Origin: Acidimicrobiales bacterium
GTDB lineage: Bacteria; Actinomycetota; Acidimicrobiia; Acidimicrobiales; Aldehydirespiratoraceae
Length of the DNA stretch: 64,000 bases
Direction of reading: 5' to 3'
Assembly (NCBI GenBank): GCA_963422655.1
Contig: OY730440.1
Span: 2,233,442-2,297,441 of the forward strand
Of the stretch, positions 19,983 through 30,402 are shown piece after piece. A program made the position numbers and the translations under genes. The notes beneath the pieces were generated by a model. That model did no database searches and had not been told where the DNA came from. It was given only the letters and a program-made list of their open reading frames with translations. Each line of letters starts with the position of its first letter. Within the stretch, counting starts at the first letter, position 1.

Positions 19983-20041
19983 CATCGACTGGTCTCGGGC
20001 CGGTGGCACTGGCAACGGGACCACCCAAAGGAGGATCTACA

Positions 20042-20266
20042 CTGCCGAAGCCCAAAGAAGACGCGATCGTATTGGAGGGGACCGTAACGGAGTCTCTCCC
20101 CAACGCAATGTTCCGGGTCGAGTTCGAGAACGGCCACGAAGTGCTGGCTCACATCTCGGGCAAGATGCGAATGCACTACATCCGGATCCTGCCGGGCGAT
20201 CGTGTCCAGGTTGAACTGACGCCGTATGACCTTCAGCGGGGGCGTATCACCTACCGCTACAAGTGA
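20042..20266 (+). CDS. infA: Translation initiation factor IF-1 (probable CTG start)
   Basis: [78 protein letters not shown] at 20027-20034 lies 7 nt before the in-frame CTG at 20042. Confidence 0.85.
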   Translation: MPKPKEDAIVLEGTVTESLPNAMFRVEFENGHEVLAHISGKMRMHYIRILPGDRVQVELTPYDLQRGRITYRYK

Positions 20267-20328
20267 GCGTTCTGGCCCCTTGGGGATGGAGCGCCTTGAC
20301 TATTGATGGCCGCAAGGCCGGGAGAGCT

Positions 20329-20442
20329 GTGAAGGTCCGACCCAGTGTCAAGAGGATCTGTGACAAGTGCAAGGTCATCCGACGGCACGGTCGCGTCAGG
20401 GTGATCTGCGACAACCCTCGTCACAAGCAGAGGCAGGGCTGA
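20329..20442 (+). CDS. rpmJ: 50S ribosomal protein L36 (Cys-rich form)
   Basis: Below the ORF-track size cutoff. GTG at 20329 preceded by GGGAGAG reads [37 protein letters not shown]. The stop abuts the rpsM ATG. Confidence 0.93.
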   Translation: MKVRPSVKRICDKCKVIRRHGRVRVICDNPRHKQRQG

Positions 20443-20820
20443 ATGGCACGCATCTCCGGAGTCGACATCCCCCGGGAGAAACGGGTGGAAGTGTCCCTTA
20501 CCTACATCTACGGCATCGGGCGCACCATCTCTCGTCAGGTGTGCGAAATGACCGGTATCAACCCTGAAACCCGGGTACGCAACCTGACCGATGACGAAGT
20601 GGCCAAGATGCGCAGCTATATCGACGCCAACCTCAGGGTGGAGGGTGATCTGCGCCGTGAGGTGTCTCAAGACATCAAGCGCAAGATGGAGATCGGTTGC
20701 TACCAGGGCCTGCGCCACCGGCGAGGTTTGCCCGTCCGGGGCCAGCGAACCCATACCAATGCCCGCACCCGCAAGGGCCCCAAGAAGACGGTGGCCGGGA
20801 AGAAGAAGGTCAATAAGTGA
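20443..20820 (+). CDS. rpsM: 30S ribosomal protein S13
   Basis: 125 aa with [26 protein letters not shown]. Confidence 0.97.
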   Translation: MARISGVDIPREKRVEVSLTYIYGIGRTISRQVCEMTGINPETRVRNLTDDEVAKMRSYIDANLRVEGDLRREVSQDIKRKMEIGCYQGLRHRRGLPVRGQRTHTNARTRKGPKKTVAGKKKVNK

Positions 20821-20873
20821 GTGTCGGCGATCGGTTCGACCCCGGTATCAAGTCAGAGACGTAAGGCAGGGCC

Positions 20874-21272
20874 ATGGCCAAGCAAACCGTGCGGGGTCGT
20901 CGTCCCCGCAAACGCGAACGCAAGAACGTCACCCACGGGGTGGCCCACATCAAGAGTTCGTTCAACAACACCGTCGTCACCATCACCGACCTGAAAGGGA
21001 ACGTGATCTCGTGGGCGTCGGCCGGCAATGTGGGTTTCAAAGGATCGCGAAAGTCCACGCCGTTCGCAGCTCAGATGACGGCTGAGCAGGTGGCTCGCAA
21101 GGCGATGGAGCACGGAGTGCGCAAGGTCGATGTTCAGGTCAAGGGCCCTGGTTCGGGCCGTGAGACAGCGATCCGGTCGCTTCAGAGTATGGGCATCGAG
21201 GTCACCGGCATCAAGGATGTCACCCCGGTACCCCACAACGGATGCCGCCCGCCCAAGCGGAGAAGGGTCTGA
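20874..21272 (+). CDS. rpsK: 30S ribosomal protein S11
   Basis: 132 aa containing [18 protein letters not shown]. Confidence 0.97.
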   Translation: MAKQTVRGRRPRKRERKNVTHGVAHIKSSFNNTVVTITDLKGNVISWASAGNVGFKGSRKSTPFAAQMTAEQVARKAMEHGVRKVDVQVKGPGSGRETAIRSLQSMGIEVTGIKDVTPVPHNGCRPPKRRRV

Positions 21273-21273
21273 G

Positions 21274-21891
21274 ATGTCGCGCTACACCGGTCCCCGAGCC
21301 CGGATATCTCGCCGCCTCAACACCAATATCTGGGGCACGAAGGGCGAGACCATTGCTCTGGACAGGCGCCCTTACCCGCCGGGTGAGCACGGCCGCTCTC
21401 GGCGCCGGGGCTCGGTTTCGGAGTACTTGGTGCAGCTTCAGGAGAAGCAGAAGGCGCGCTACGCCTATGGGCTCACGGAGCGCCAGTTTCGCAACCTCTT
21501 CGCCGAGGCCGGCCGGAGCCAGGGCGTCACCGGTGAGAACATGCTCCGGTTCTTGGAGCTGCGGCTCGACAACACCGTCTACCGGGCCGGCTGGGGGGCC
21601 ACCCGGCCCCAGGCGCGACAGCTCGTCAACCATGGCCACCTCAACGTCAACGGCCGGCGAGTGACGATCCCGAGTTACCGGCTCCGCAAGGGTGACGTGA
21701 TCGAGCTCCGCCCCAAGATCCGCGAGTCGACCACCATCCAGTGGAACCTGGACGTGCTCGATCGCACCCCCCCGGCCTGGCTCGACCCGGGCGAAGGCAA
21801 GCTGCAGATAACTGTGCGCGAGCTGCCCCTCCGTGAGCAGATCGACGTGCCCGTCCGCGAGCACCTCATAGTCGAGCTGTACTCGAAGTAG
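21274..21891 (+). CDS. rpsD: 30S ribosomal protein S4
   Basis: ATG at 21274 inside ORF 21130. The N-terminus is MSRYTGPRARISRRL... Confidence 0.96.
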   Translation: MSRYTGPRARISRRLNTNIWGTKGETIALDRRPYPPGEHGRSRRRGSVSEYLVQLQEKQKARYAYGLTERQFRNLFAEAGRSQGVTGENMLRFLELRLDNTVYRAGWGATRPQARQLVNHGHLNVNGRRVTIPSYRLRKGDVIELRPKIRESTTIQWNLDVLDRTPPAWLDPGEGKLQITVRELPLREQIDVPVREHLIVELYSK

Positions 21892-21923
21892 CAGGTTTCT
21901 ACCCGCCCAGTGGAGGAGCGTTC

Positions 21924-22898
21924 ATGCTCGTCATTCAGCGTCCGACCGTCGATGTGATCGACGCCGCCGACGGCAACCGCCAGAGATTCGCCATCGGTCC
22001 GCTCGAACCCGGATTCGGTCACACCATCGGCAACTCGCTGCGCCGAGCCCTGCTGTCGTCGATCCCGGGTGCAGCCGTCACTCAGGTTCGCTTCGATGAT
22101 GCTCTCCACGAGTTCGCCACTATTGCGGGGGTAACCGAAGACGTCACCGACATCCTCTTGAACCTCAAGGACCTCATCGTGGTGATGCACAGCAACAAAC
22201 CGGTGACACTGCGGCTCGATGCTCAGGGCCCGGCCGATGTCACCGCCGCCGACATCCGGATCACTTCTGACATCGAGATCAAGAACCCTGATCTGCATAT
22301 CGCTACCCTCAACCACAAAGGTTCGCTGAAGGCCGAGATCACTGTCGACCGGGGCCGCGGTTACGTGTCGGCCGAGCGCAACAAGACCAGCACCGATATC
22401 GGTGTGATTCCGGTCGACTCGATCTACTCGCCGGTACGCCGGGTTTCCTTCTCGGTCGAGGACACCCGGGTCGAGCAGTCAACCGATTACGACCGTCTCC
22501 TGCTCGATGTGGAGACGGACGGCTCCATCACTCCGTTGGAGGCCTTGGCCTCAGCCGGGGCCACCCTGCGGGCTCTGCTCCAGTTGGTCGAGGAGCTGAG
22601 CGGCGACCCCCAGGGTCTGGAACTGGGCGAGGCGGGCAATGCTGCGATAGAGGGCCCCGACCTGAACCGCTCCATCGACGATCTCGGGTTGGCGACACGT
22701 ACTGTCCATTGCCTGCACCAAGTTGGGATCGAGACCCTCGAGGATCTCTTGGGCGAGACTCGGGATGAAGGCAAGACTCGGGATGAACTTTTGAACATCC
22801 CAAACTTCGGTCAGAAAAGCTCCGAAGATGTCGAAGCCGCGCTGGCCAGGCTGAGTGAGCAGGACGGCTTCGACTATTCGTTGCGGAGAGAGATCTGA
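21924..22898 (+). CDS. rpoA: DNA-directed RNA polymerase subunit alpha
   Basis: 324 aa containing GPLEPGFGHTIGNSLRRALLSSIPGAAV. Confidence 0.97.
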   Translation: MLVIQRPTVDVIDAADGNRQRFAIGPLEPGFGHTIGNSLRRALLSSIPGAAVTQVRFDDALHEFATIAGVTEDVTDILLNLKDLIVVMHSNKPVTLRLDAQGPADVTAADIRITSDIEIKNPDLHIATLNHKGSLKAEITVDRGRGYVSAERNKTSTDIGVIPVDSIYSPVRRVSFSVEDTRVEQSTDYDRLLLDVETDGSITPLEALASAGATLRALLQLVEELSGDPQGLELGEAGNAAIEGPDLNRSIDDLGLATRTVHCLHQVGIETLEDLLGETRDEGKTRDELLNIPNFGQKSSEDVEAALARLSEQDGFDYSLRREI

Positions 22899-22899
22899 A

Positions 22900-23250
22900 A
22901 TGCCTCGGCCTCGCAAGGGCCGCCGTTTCGGCGGCAGTAGCCAGCACCAGAAGCTGATGATGGCCAATCTGGTGGCCTCGCTGATCGCGGCCGAGGCCAT
23001 CACCACCACCGAGGCCAAAGCCAAGGCCATGCGGCCCATCGCCGAGAAGATGATCACCAAGGCCAAGCGAGGTGGGGTTCACAACCACCGCCAGGTTGTG
23101 AGCTTCCTCGGTGACCGGGAGATGGCGTCCAAGCTCTTCGATGAGGTCGGACCCCGCTACGGCGACCGTCCCGGCGGGTATACCCGGATTATCAGGCTCG
23201 GCCCCCGCCACGGCGACAACGCGCCGATGGCTCGTATCGAACTGGTGTAA
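22900..23250 (+). CDS. rplQ: 50S ribosomal protein L17
   Basis: ATG at 22900 inside ORF 22855. The N-terminus is MPRPRKGRRFGGSSQHQKLMMANL... Confidence 0.96.
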   Translation: MPRPRKGRRFGGSSQHQKLMMANLVASLIAAEAITTTEAKAKAMRPIAEKMITKAKRGGVHNHRQVVSFLGDREMASKLFDEVGPRYGDRPGGYTRIIRLGPRHGDNAPMARIELV

Positions 23251-23260
23251 CCGCGTCGGC

Positions 23261-24055
23261 ATGGGTCCGATCCGCCGGCCCGATCCGCCGTCGGGTGGGC
23301 GGGTCCGGATGCGGATGACCGTGGCTTACAACGGAGCGCCCTTTTGTGGCTTCGCTCGCAACGAGGGCGTCCCCACCGTGGCCGGCGTTCTCTCCGGCGC
23401 CTTGGGACGGGTGTTGGGTCATGAGGTGGAGCTGGCCTGTGCGGGCCGTACCGATCGGGGGGTGCACGCCCGGGCTCAGGTGATCTCATTCGACACGGTT
23501 GAGCAACGGGCTGATCCGGCTCGGCTGGTGCGGGCTGTGAACCGTATCTGCGGGCCAGAGGTGGCTGCTCTCAGTGCCCAAGTCGTCGGTGATGACTTCG
23601 ATGCCCGGCTGTCGTGCACGAGCCGGGTGTATCGCTACCGGGTGCTGAGCTCGCCGGTTCCCGACCCGCTGGCGGCGGCGCTGTCTTGGCATGTCGAGCG
23701 CCCCTTGGACCTCAGGGCCATGCACACCGCCTCGGATCGCCTCTTGGGCACCCATGACTTCACGTCGTTTTGCCGCCGGAACCGGTCCCGGCCCGAAGAG
23801 GTGCTGATCCGTACCGTCTACCGGGCCGGATGGTGCCAGCAGGGGGATCTGATGGTCTTCGAGATCGAGGCCCGATCCTTCTGCCACCAGATGGTCCGCT
23901 CATTGGTGGGCGCCTTGGTGGCCGCGGGTTCGGGCCGTCTGCGAGCGGCCGACATGGGAGCGATCATCCGGGCCCGGGATCGCAACGCCGCTCCCTCACC
24001 GGCGCCGCCGCACGGTCTGGTGCTGTGGGCGGCCCGCTACCAGCGAGACCGATAG
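23261..24055 (+). CDS. truA: tRNA pseudouridine(38-40) synthase
   Basis: RMTVAYNGAPFCGFARNEG and AGRTDRGVHARAQV. The start may be ATG 23261 or ATG 23309. Confidence 0.9.
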   Translation: MGPIRRPDPPSGGRVRMRMTVAYNGAPFCGFARNEGVPTVAGVLSGALGRVLGHEVELACAGRTDRGVHARAQVISFDTVEQRADPARLVRAVNRICGPEVAALSAQVVGDDFDARLSCTSRVYRYRVLSSPVPDPLAAALSWHVERPLDLRAMHTASDRLLGTHDFTSFCRRNRSRPEEVLIRTVYRAGWCQQGDLMVFEIEARSFCHQMVRSLVGALVAAGSGRLRAADMGAIIRARDRNAAPSPAPPHGLVLWAARYQRDR

Positions 24056-24128
24056 ATGCCCTGATCACACGGCCTGCTCTGTTCGCTCGCGGGTCACACT
24101 GGTAGCGGCTTGTAATATTCGTGGTCTC

Positions 24129-24923
24129 ATGGGTCTCGATAACACGGCTGCTGCCCGCTGGGCCCGAGATCTGGTGGATTGGGCCGTTCCCAGCGAGATC
24201 CTCGACGCGGCGCCGCGCCGTCCTTATGTCTTCGTCCCGGAGATGTTCACCGCCCCCGAACCCGGGACCTTCGAGCTGTCGGTGTCCAACCGGCGAGCAG
24301 CCGAGGCTCTCGACGACTCGGGTTCCGTCCTCGATGTCGGCTGCGGTGGGGGAGCCGCCGGCTTTGCTCTGGCGCCGCCGGCCACCGAGGTGATCGGCAC
24401 CGACCGCCAGTCCGATATGGCGGACCTGTTCTTGGCCACGGCCCAGCAGCGGGAGATCACCGCTTCGGCCCATGTCGGGTCGTGGCCGTCCATCGCCGAC
24501 GAAGTGCCAGCCGCCGACGTGGTGGTGTGTCACAACGTCTTGTACAACGTGGCCGACATCACCGGGTTCGTCGCCGCCCTCGACACCCATGCCCGGCGTC
24601 GGGTCGTGATCGAGATGACCCCCAAACACCCCCAAGACCTTCGCCGGCCGCTGTGGCGGCACTTCTGGAATCTGGAGCGACCCTTCGAGCCCACCGCCTC
24701 GGTGGCGGCCGAAGCGATAGGCGAGACCGGCATCGACGTCAACGTCGAGGAATCGATCCTGCCCGCGGACCGTTTCGCCTCCCGGTCCCGATCTCTGGAA
24801 GCGGCCTACTGGTGTCGGCAACTGTGCCTTCCTCCCGAGCGGGAACCCGAATGCACGGCGCTGATGGCTGGGCTGGCATTTCCCCGGGAACGGGTGACCA
24901 TGTGGTGGGACGTGAACCGGTAG
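24129..24923 (+). CDS. Class I SAM-dependent methyltransferase
   Basis: 264 aa with motif [13 protein letters not shown]. No further assignment is possible by eye. Confidence 0.75.
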   Translation: MGLDNTAAARWARDLVDWAVPSEILDAAPRRPYVFVPEMFTAPEPGTFELSVSNRRAAEALDDSGSVLDVGCGGGAAGFALAPPATEVIGTDRQSDMADLFLATAQQREITASAHVGSWPSIADEVPAADVVVCHNVLYNVADITGFVAALDTHARRRVVIEMTPKHPQDLRRPLWRHFWNLERPFEPTASVAAEAIGETGIDVNVEESILPADRFASRSRSLEAAYWCRQLCLPPEREPECTALMAGLAFPRERVTMWWDVNR

Positions 24924-25049
24924 CAGGCCCCTGCGGGCACTGTGCACGGTGAAGTGAAGATGGTACGTTCGAGCGTTGGTCCGATTGTCGTTGCGATGTT
25001 ATGGCTCTAGCCTGGTTCGACAGTCCCCCGCCCTGCCCATGGAGCTGTC

Positions 25050-25502
25050 TTGTCCACTTACAGCCCGAAAGCCAGTGAGATCGAACGAGCCTGGCACCTC
25101 GTCGACGCCGACGGCTTGGTGCTGGGCCGGCTGGCTACCGAGGTGTCCACCCTGCTGCGGGGTAAGCACAAGCCGATCTACGCCCCCCATATCGACACCG
25201 GGGACCATGTGGTGATCGTCAACGCCGCCAAGGTCACCCTCACCGCGGGCAAAGCCAAGAAGAAGATGGTGCACCGCCACTCCGGCTACCCTGGTGGTCT
25301 GCACAGCCAGACCTACGCAACCAAGCTGGCTCGGCAACCGGAGCAAGCCCTGCGTGACACCATCAAAGGCATGTTGCCCAAGACCCGGCTGGGCCGGGCC
25401 CAGATCAAGAAGCTGAAGGTGTACGCCGGTCCCGCCCATCCCCACCAAGCCCAGAACCCACAGCCTTACGCCATCGCTCACGCCCGAGCGGGTCGGTCCT
25501 GA
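25050..25502 (+). CDS. rplM: 50S ribosomal protein L13
   Basis: TTG start. The N-terminus reads [28 protein letters not shown]... Confidence 0.95.
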   Translation: MSTYSPKASEIERAWHLVDADGLVLGRLATEVSTLLRGKHKPIYAPHIDTGDHVVIVNAAKVTLTAGKAKKKMVHRHSGYPGGLHSQTYATKLARQPEQALRDTIKGMLPKTRLGRAQIKKLKVYAGPAHPHQAQNPQPYAIAHARAGRS

Positions 25503-25514
25503 GGTTCTGAGGAC

Positions 25515-25907
25515 ATGGCCGCCCCCCTCGTGCAGTCCACCGGCCGGCGCAAGCGGTCTGTGGCCCGAGTCCGGATCCGGACAGGATCCGGGTCCGTGAC
25601 CGTCAACGGGCGACCCGTCGAAAACTACTTCCCGTCGCACACCCGACGACTGCTGTTGCTGGAGCCGCTCGGGATGGCCGATGCCGACCAGCGCTACGAC
25701 GTCGACGCCACCATCCACGGCGGTGGCCCCAGCGGCCAAGCCGGCGCCTTGCGGCTGGGCATCGCCCGGGGTCTGGTCGAGATCGAGCCCGAGCTGCGTG
25801 ACGCCTTGAAGAAGGGCGGGTTCTTGACCCGCGATCCTCGCAAGAAGGAATCCAAGAAGTACGGACTCAAGAAGGCCCGCAAGGCTCCGCAGTACAGCAA
25901 GCGTTGA
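25515..25907 (+). CDS. rpsI: 30S ribosomal protein S9
   Basis: 130 aa containing [19 protein letters not shown] and ending [12 protein letters not shown]. Confidence 0.96.
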   Translation: MAAPLVQSTGRRKRSVARVRIRTGSGSVTVNGRPVENYFPSHTRRLLLLEPLGMADADQRYDVDATIHGGGPSGQAGALRLGIARGLVEIEPELRDALKKGGFLTRDPRKKESKKYGLKKARKAPQYSKR

Positions 25908-25943
25908 GAACGAGGCCGGTGCGGGTCGGCCGACGGTGACCGC

Positions 25944-27269
25944 GTGGAACTGAGGTTCGGGACCGACGGGGTGCGCGGCGATGCTCGCACCGAACTCAGC
26001 GCTCCCGCAGTCGAGAGACTGGGCCGGGCCGCGGCCGAGGTACTCGTCACGGACCGGTTCGCGGTAGGCCGAGACACTCGGGCTTCGGGGCCGGCTCTGG
26101 TCGAGGCAATCCATCGGGGGGTGACAGCCGCGGGCGGTTCGCCTGTCGACCTGGGAGTGGTGCCCACCCCGGCCGTGGCCCGCTGGTGCGCTTTGGAGAA
26201 CATGGCCGGAGCGGTGGTGTCGGCTTCGCACAATCCCTGGCACGACAACGGCGTGAAGTTCTTCGGCCCGGGCGGCGTCAAGCTCGACGACGTCGCTCAG
26301 AGCCGGATCCAGGCCCGTTTCGAGGCTGTCGAAGCGAGCCTGAGTCCCGGCGCCGGCCCGGTGAGGGTCAGATCACAAGCTGATACGGCCCGTCGCCTGC
26401 ATCTCGACGCGGTGGTGGACAGCATCGAGGGCCGGAATCTGGCCGGTTTGAACGTGGTGGTGGACGGGGCCAACGGGGCGGCGTCGGTGATCGGGCCCCA
26501 GTGCTTGCGCCAGTTGGGTGTATCCGTTCAGGAGTTGAGCACCGCCCCCGACGGGCGAAACATCAACGAGGGGTGCGGCTCCACCCATCCCGAGAGCCTT
26601 CAGGCCGCGGTGAGAGAGCTGGGGGCCGATGCCGGTGTGGCCTTCGACGGTGACGCCGACCGGTTTCTGGCCGTCGATCACACCGGGGAACTGGTGGACG
26701 GCGACCAGATAATCGCCATGTGTGCGATCGACCGCAAGCAACGGGGGACACTGCGGGGTCTCGGTGTGGTGGTGACGGTGATGGCCAACGGCGGGTTGCG
26801 ACGATCCATGGCGGCCGAAGGCATCGAAGTGGTCGACACCGCCGTCGGTGACCGCCACGTGCTGGAGATGCTCGACCGGAGAGGCCTGGTCTTGGGTGGA
26901 GAGCAGTCGGGGCATCTGATCTTCAGGGATCTGGCCACCACTGGCGACGGGTTACTCAGCGCCGTGCAGTTACTGGATGTGGTCAAGCGGTCGGGGCGGC
27001 GTCTGGCCGAACTGGCGGCCGGGGCCATGACACGGTTCCCTCAAGTCCTCACCGGCGTCCCCATCCGGGAGCGGGGCGGCGATCTCGAGGCCCGTCTGGC
27101 TCCGATCGCCGCCGTCGCCGCTCAGCGTCTGGGCGAATCGGGTCGGGTGCTGGTCCGACCGTCAGGGACCGAGCCGCTGGTGCGGGTCATGGTGGAGGCC
27201 GCCGACCATTCCCGGGCCCGAACCGAAGCCGACCGGCTGTCGGCCGAGATCAGCGCTGCCCTTTCCTGA
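25944..27269 (+). CDS. glmM: Phosphoglucosamine mutase
   Basis: GTG start. It contains FGTDGVRG and the active-site SASHNPWHDNGVKFF, in the conserved rplM-rpsI-glmM order. Confidence 0.94.
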   Translation: MELRFGTDGVRGDARTELSAPAVERLGRAAAEVLVTDRFAVGRDTRASGPALVEAIHRGVTAAGGSPVDLGVVPTPAVARWCALENMAGAVVSASHNPWHDNGVKFFGPGGVKLDDVAQSRIQARFEAVEASLSPGAGPVRVRSQADTARRLHLDAVVDSIEGRNLAGLNVVVDGANGAASVIGPQCLRQLGVSVQELSTAPDGRNINEGCGSTHPESLQAAVRELGADAGVAFDGDADRFLAVDHTGELVDGDQIIAMCAIDRKQRGTLRGLGVVVTVMANGGLRRSMAAEGIEVVDTAVGDRHVLEMLDRRGLVLGGEQSGHLIFRDLATTGDGLLSAVQLLDVVKRSGRRLAELAAGAMTRFPQVLTGVPIRERGGDLEARLAPIAAVAAQRLGESGRVLVRPSGTEPLVRVMVEAADHSRARTEADRLSAEISAALS

Positions 27270-28257
27270 GGCCGGTCGGGGGTGTAGCCCGCTCGGCCCA
27301 GCGGGACCAAGCCAGCACTACCACGAAGCCAGCTACGGCCAAGGCCGTAGGCCCGAACCACTCGCTGGCCGTCGGCCATCCCAGACCGGTGCCGGTGACC
27401 ACCTCATCGGCGTCGCTGCTCATGACGCCGACCCCGTCGGGCCAAGGCCACAGTACTCGCAGCGATCCGATCATCAGACCGACCATGACGGCCATGACCC
27501 AGTCGTGAGCCCGTTCCAGCAGCCGGCCCAGAAGCGACGAGAACAACGCCACCCCCACCAAGGCCCCCAAGGCCAGGGCGGCCCCGTCGCCGTAGCGGCG
27601 TTCGTGGACGATGGTGATCGCAGCGCCGTACAGGCCCATCATCAACAGCAGGAACGACCCGCTGATGCCGGGCAGGATCATGGCACAGACCGTGATCATC
27701 CCCGCGGCTACCAAGACCACCGGTGAGGGATCCGGCACCGGCCCGGCCCTGAGTCCGAGCCCGGCGAAAACGGCGACGGCAACGGCGGCCACGACCGCCA
27801 GGTGGACGAGGCGGCGGGTGCGGATCATCGAGGCCGCCACAATTGTCGAAGCCACCACCAGCCCGGCAAACAAACCGGCCATCTCGGTCGGGTGGGTGCG
27901 CAGCCGGGTCTCGATCACCGAAGCCAACGCCACGACGGCTACGACGATCCCTGCTGCCAATGGCATCAAGAACTGCCAGTCGATAGCCCGGACCCGGTCC
28001 CGGAAACGGCGCCAGTCCCCGGTGACGAGCGCAGCCGGAGTTCGGGCCACGGACCGGATCGCCTCTACCAAGCGTTCGTAGATGCCCAGCACCAAAGCGA
28101 CGGTTCCGCCCGAAACGCCGGGCACCACATCGGCCGCGCCCATCACCAACCCCCGCAGGATCTGAGCTGTGGCTTGAGCCGTTGCAGTTCGTGGCGGTGT
28201 CACGCGGTTGTCAGGGCTGTCGAGATGTGGCTGTCGAGGTCGATCGGACTCGGTCAA
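27250..28257 (-). CDS. DUF368 family membrane protein (family recently linked to polyprenyl-phosphate translocation)
   Basis: 335-aa polytopic ORF with GAADVVPGVSGGTVALVLGIYERL and a second PGISGSFLLL motif. Confidence 0.8.
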   Translation of the reverse strand: MTESDRPRQPHLDSPDNRVTPPRTATAQATAQILRGLVMGAADVVPGVSGGTVALVLGIYERLVEAIRSVARTPAALVTGDWRRFRDRVRAIDWQFLMPLAAGIVVAVVALASVIETRLRTHPTEMAGLFAGLVVASTIVAASMIRTRRLVHLAVVAAVAVAVFAGLGLRAGPVPDPSPVVLVAAGMITVCAMILPGISGSFLLLMMGLYGAAITIVHERRYGDGAALALGALVGVALFSSLLGRLLERAHDWVMAVMVGLMIGSLRVLWPWPDGVGVMSSDADEVVTGTGLGWPTASEWFGPTALAVAGFVVVLAWSRWAERATPPTGLRKGQR

Positions 28258-28862
28258 GGGGCACTCGGAATCGAATGAACCTTGAGCGACAGGAAACGGA
28301 TGGGTAACTCGATCAGGTCCACCGGGCCGTGGGCTATCTCTCCGTGGATCTGCATGGTGTCACCAGGTCTGAGCACGTACCGCTTGGCGCCGTAGCCGTA
28401 TTCGATCACGCCTTCGACGATGTAGAGGTATTCTACGCCCCCGTGCTGGAACACCGGAAAGATCTCGTCGGCTTCGGTGAGAGTCACCAGTATCGGTTCG
28501 ATGACGCGAAGCGGCCCTCTCAGCGAGCCGAGGTCCTGGTAGCGACGGCCTTCCCCCGATCCTTGATGGGCGATGTCGAGACCTTCGCCGGCAGGCACGA
28601 TCACGGCGTCGTGCTCCTCGTCGAGCCCGCGGAAGAAGGCGGTGAGAGGTACTCCGGCTGCGTTGGCCAGGCTGGTCAGCGTGTTCAAGCTCGGTGACGT
28701 CTGACCGTTCTCGATCTTCGACAGCATTCCCAGCGACAGGCCGGCAGCTTCCGCGAATCGCTCCATCGTGAGGCCGAGCCCCACCCGCAGATCTTTGACC
28801 CGTACGCCCACCACCCGGCAGACGTCATCGACATCGAGTTGCTCGCTGCGGTCAGAAGGCAC
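28254..28862 (-). CDS. XRE-family HTH transcriptional regulator with C-terminal cupin domain
   Basis: The HTH is LGLTMERFAEAAGLSLGMLSKIENGQTSPSLNTLTSLANAAGV and the cupin-like part is GVEYLYIVEGVIEY...GDTMQIHGEIAHGP. It overlaps the DUF368 gene by 4 nt. Confidence 0.85.
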   Translation of the reverse strand: MPSDRSEQLDVDDVCRVVGVRVKDLRVGLGLTMERFAEAAGLSLGMLSKIENGQTSPSLNTLTSLANAAGVPLTAFFRGLDEEHDAVIVPAGEGLDIAHQGSGEGRRYQDLGSLRGPLRVIEPILVTLTEADEIFPVFQHGGVEYLYIVEGVIEYGYGAKRYVLRPGDTMQIHGEIAHGPVDLIELPIRFLSLKVHSIPSAP

Positions 28863-28883
28863 CTGATCAGAGGAAACTTCGGA

Positions 28884-30242
28884 TCACACGAGCGACAGGT
28901 ACTGCTCCACCTCCGACGGAGTGACCTGATGGTGATGAGTGAGGAACTCTTGTCTCTTCACCGTCGCGAAGTAGTCGCGGTACGCGCCGTCGGCCGTCAT
29001 CCCCAAGCCCTCCCGGAACACGTCGTTGGCGGCCAGGCTGTCGGCCGCGTGCAGCAGCGTGGGCGGCAGGGTCTTGATGCCCCGGGCCGCGACCTCCTCG
29101 GCCGGCAAGGTGAAGAGATTGGCGGTGTTCGGCACGCCCGGGTCCATCTCGTTGTCGATGCCGTCGAGCCCGCAGGCCAGCATTGCGGCCAGCATGAGGT
29201 AGGGGTTGGCGGCGCCGTCGGCCAAGCGCACCTCGATGCGGTCCGGCTCGGGGACGCGAATCATCTGCGTGCGGTTGTTACCGCCGTAGACGGCGTAGGC
29301 CGGGGCCCAAGTGGCGCCGGACGTTGGTGCGCCCACCCCCATGCGTTTGTAGGAGTTGACGGTCGGGCACAAGATGGCGACCAGCGCCTCGGCGTGGGCT
29401 ATGAGGCCGGCTGTGAATCGGTAAGCGAGGTCGCTGAGCCCGAGTCCCTTGCTGTCGGTCTCGCCGGCCGGGAAGAGGGGCTCGTCGTTGTCCGCGCTCC
29501 ACAGGCTGAGATGGGCGTGGAGCCCGTTGCCGGTCTTGTCGGCAAAAGGCTTGGGCATGAACGTGGCGTACCGCCCGTCCCGCTGGGCCAGGGTGTGGAT
29601 CATCAACCGGAACAGGATCAGCCGGTCGGCGGTGGTCAGGGCGTCGGAGTACTGCCAGTTCTGTTCGTACTGGCCGTTGGCGTCCTCATGATCGTTGGCG
29701 TAGTTGGCCCAGCCCATGGTGTCGAGGTGCTTGGAAACCGTGGTGAGGTGGGGCAGCATCCGGGTCAGTCCCCGGGCGTCGTAGCAAGGGCGGGGGTCGA
29801 TATCGCGATCGTCAGCAACGCTGATCCTGCCGTTTTCGTCCCGTACCACCAGCGAGTACTCGGCCTCGAAGCCGGCCTTGAGCACGAGGTTGCGGGCCGC
29901 CAGCGACTCCAGAGCCCGGCGGAGGATCACCCTGGGGGCGTAAGGCCACAGCTCGCCCTCCACCGTGGGGTCGCACTGCATGGCGGCCACGTTGGGCTGC
30001 CACGGCAACTGCATGTACGACGCCGGATCGGGTCGCGCCGCAATGTCGGGGCTCGAGGGGTCCTGGCCTATGGGTCCGGCCGCGAAACCAGCGAACCCGG
30101 CCCCGTCGGCCATCAGCGTGTCGAGCGCCTCCACCGGTACGAGCTTGGCGCACGGTTTGCCGTGCATTTCGACGAACATGGCGTAGATGAACTCCACGCC
30201 ATCGGCTCGAATCCGTGACCGGATGTCTTCTACTGGGCTCAC
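28884..30242 (-). CDS. gmaS: Glutamine synthetase family protein, context-assigned gamma-glutamylmethylamide synthetase
   Basis: The sequence is GS-like throughout. The preferred start is GTG 30242, with AGGAGG 6 nt upstream; the ORF opens at 30305. It is divergent from mgsABC. Confidence 0.75.
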   Translation of the reverse strand: MSPVEDIRSRIRADGVEFIYAMFVEMHGKPCAKLVPVEALDTLMADGAGFAGFAAGPIGQDPSSPDIAARPDPASYMQLPWQPNVAAMQCDPTVEGELWPYAPRVILRRALESLAARNLVLKAGFEAEYSLVVRDENGRISVADDRDIDPRPCYDARGLTRMLPHLTTVSKHLDTMGWANYANDHEDANGQYEQNWQYSDALTTADRLILFRLMIHTLAQRDGRYATFMPKPFADKTGNGLHAHLSLWSADNDEPLFPAGETDSKGLGLSDLAYRFTAGLIAHAEALVAILCPTVNSYKRMGVGAPTSGATWAPAYAVYGGNNRTQMIRVPEPDRIEVRLADGAANPYLMLAAMLACGLDGIDNEMDPGVPNTANLFTLPAEEVAARGIKTLPPTLLHAADSLAANDVFREGLGMTADGAYRDYFATVKRQEFLTHHHQVTPSEVEQYLSLV

Positions 30243-30402
30243 AGCGATCCTCCTTACACAGTTCCACCGCTGAACAGGCTCCCAGAATAATCGGCCTCGG
30301 GGCAATTACTGTTGAGAAAGAGCCTTCACCAGTGTTAAAGGGACGTTAGCATCCCTGTGGTCCGAGGGCGACCCGACCGGGAGAACACACCGGGGAGAGA
30401 AC

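Noticed and set aside
19877-20041. ATG at 19877 as the infA start (129-aa product), or a hidden map gene in the adk-infA gap
   Set aside because: The extra 55 residues are Gly-rich, non-conserved and overlap adk. The gap is far too short for methionine aminopeptidase, and no MetAP motifs appear in any frame.
28839-30218. 459-aa plus-strand ORF antisense to the GS-like gene
   Set aside because: It is antisense to a conserved glutamine-synthetase-family CDS and has no recognisable domain.
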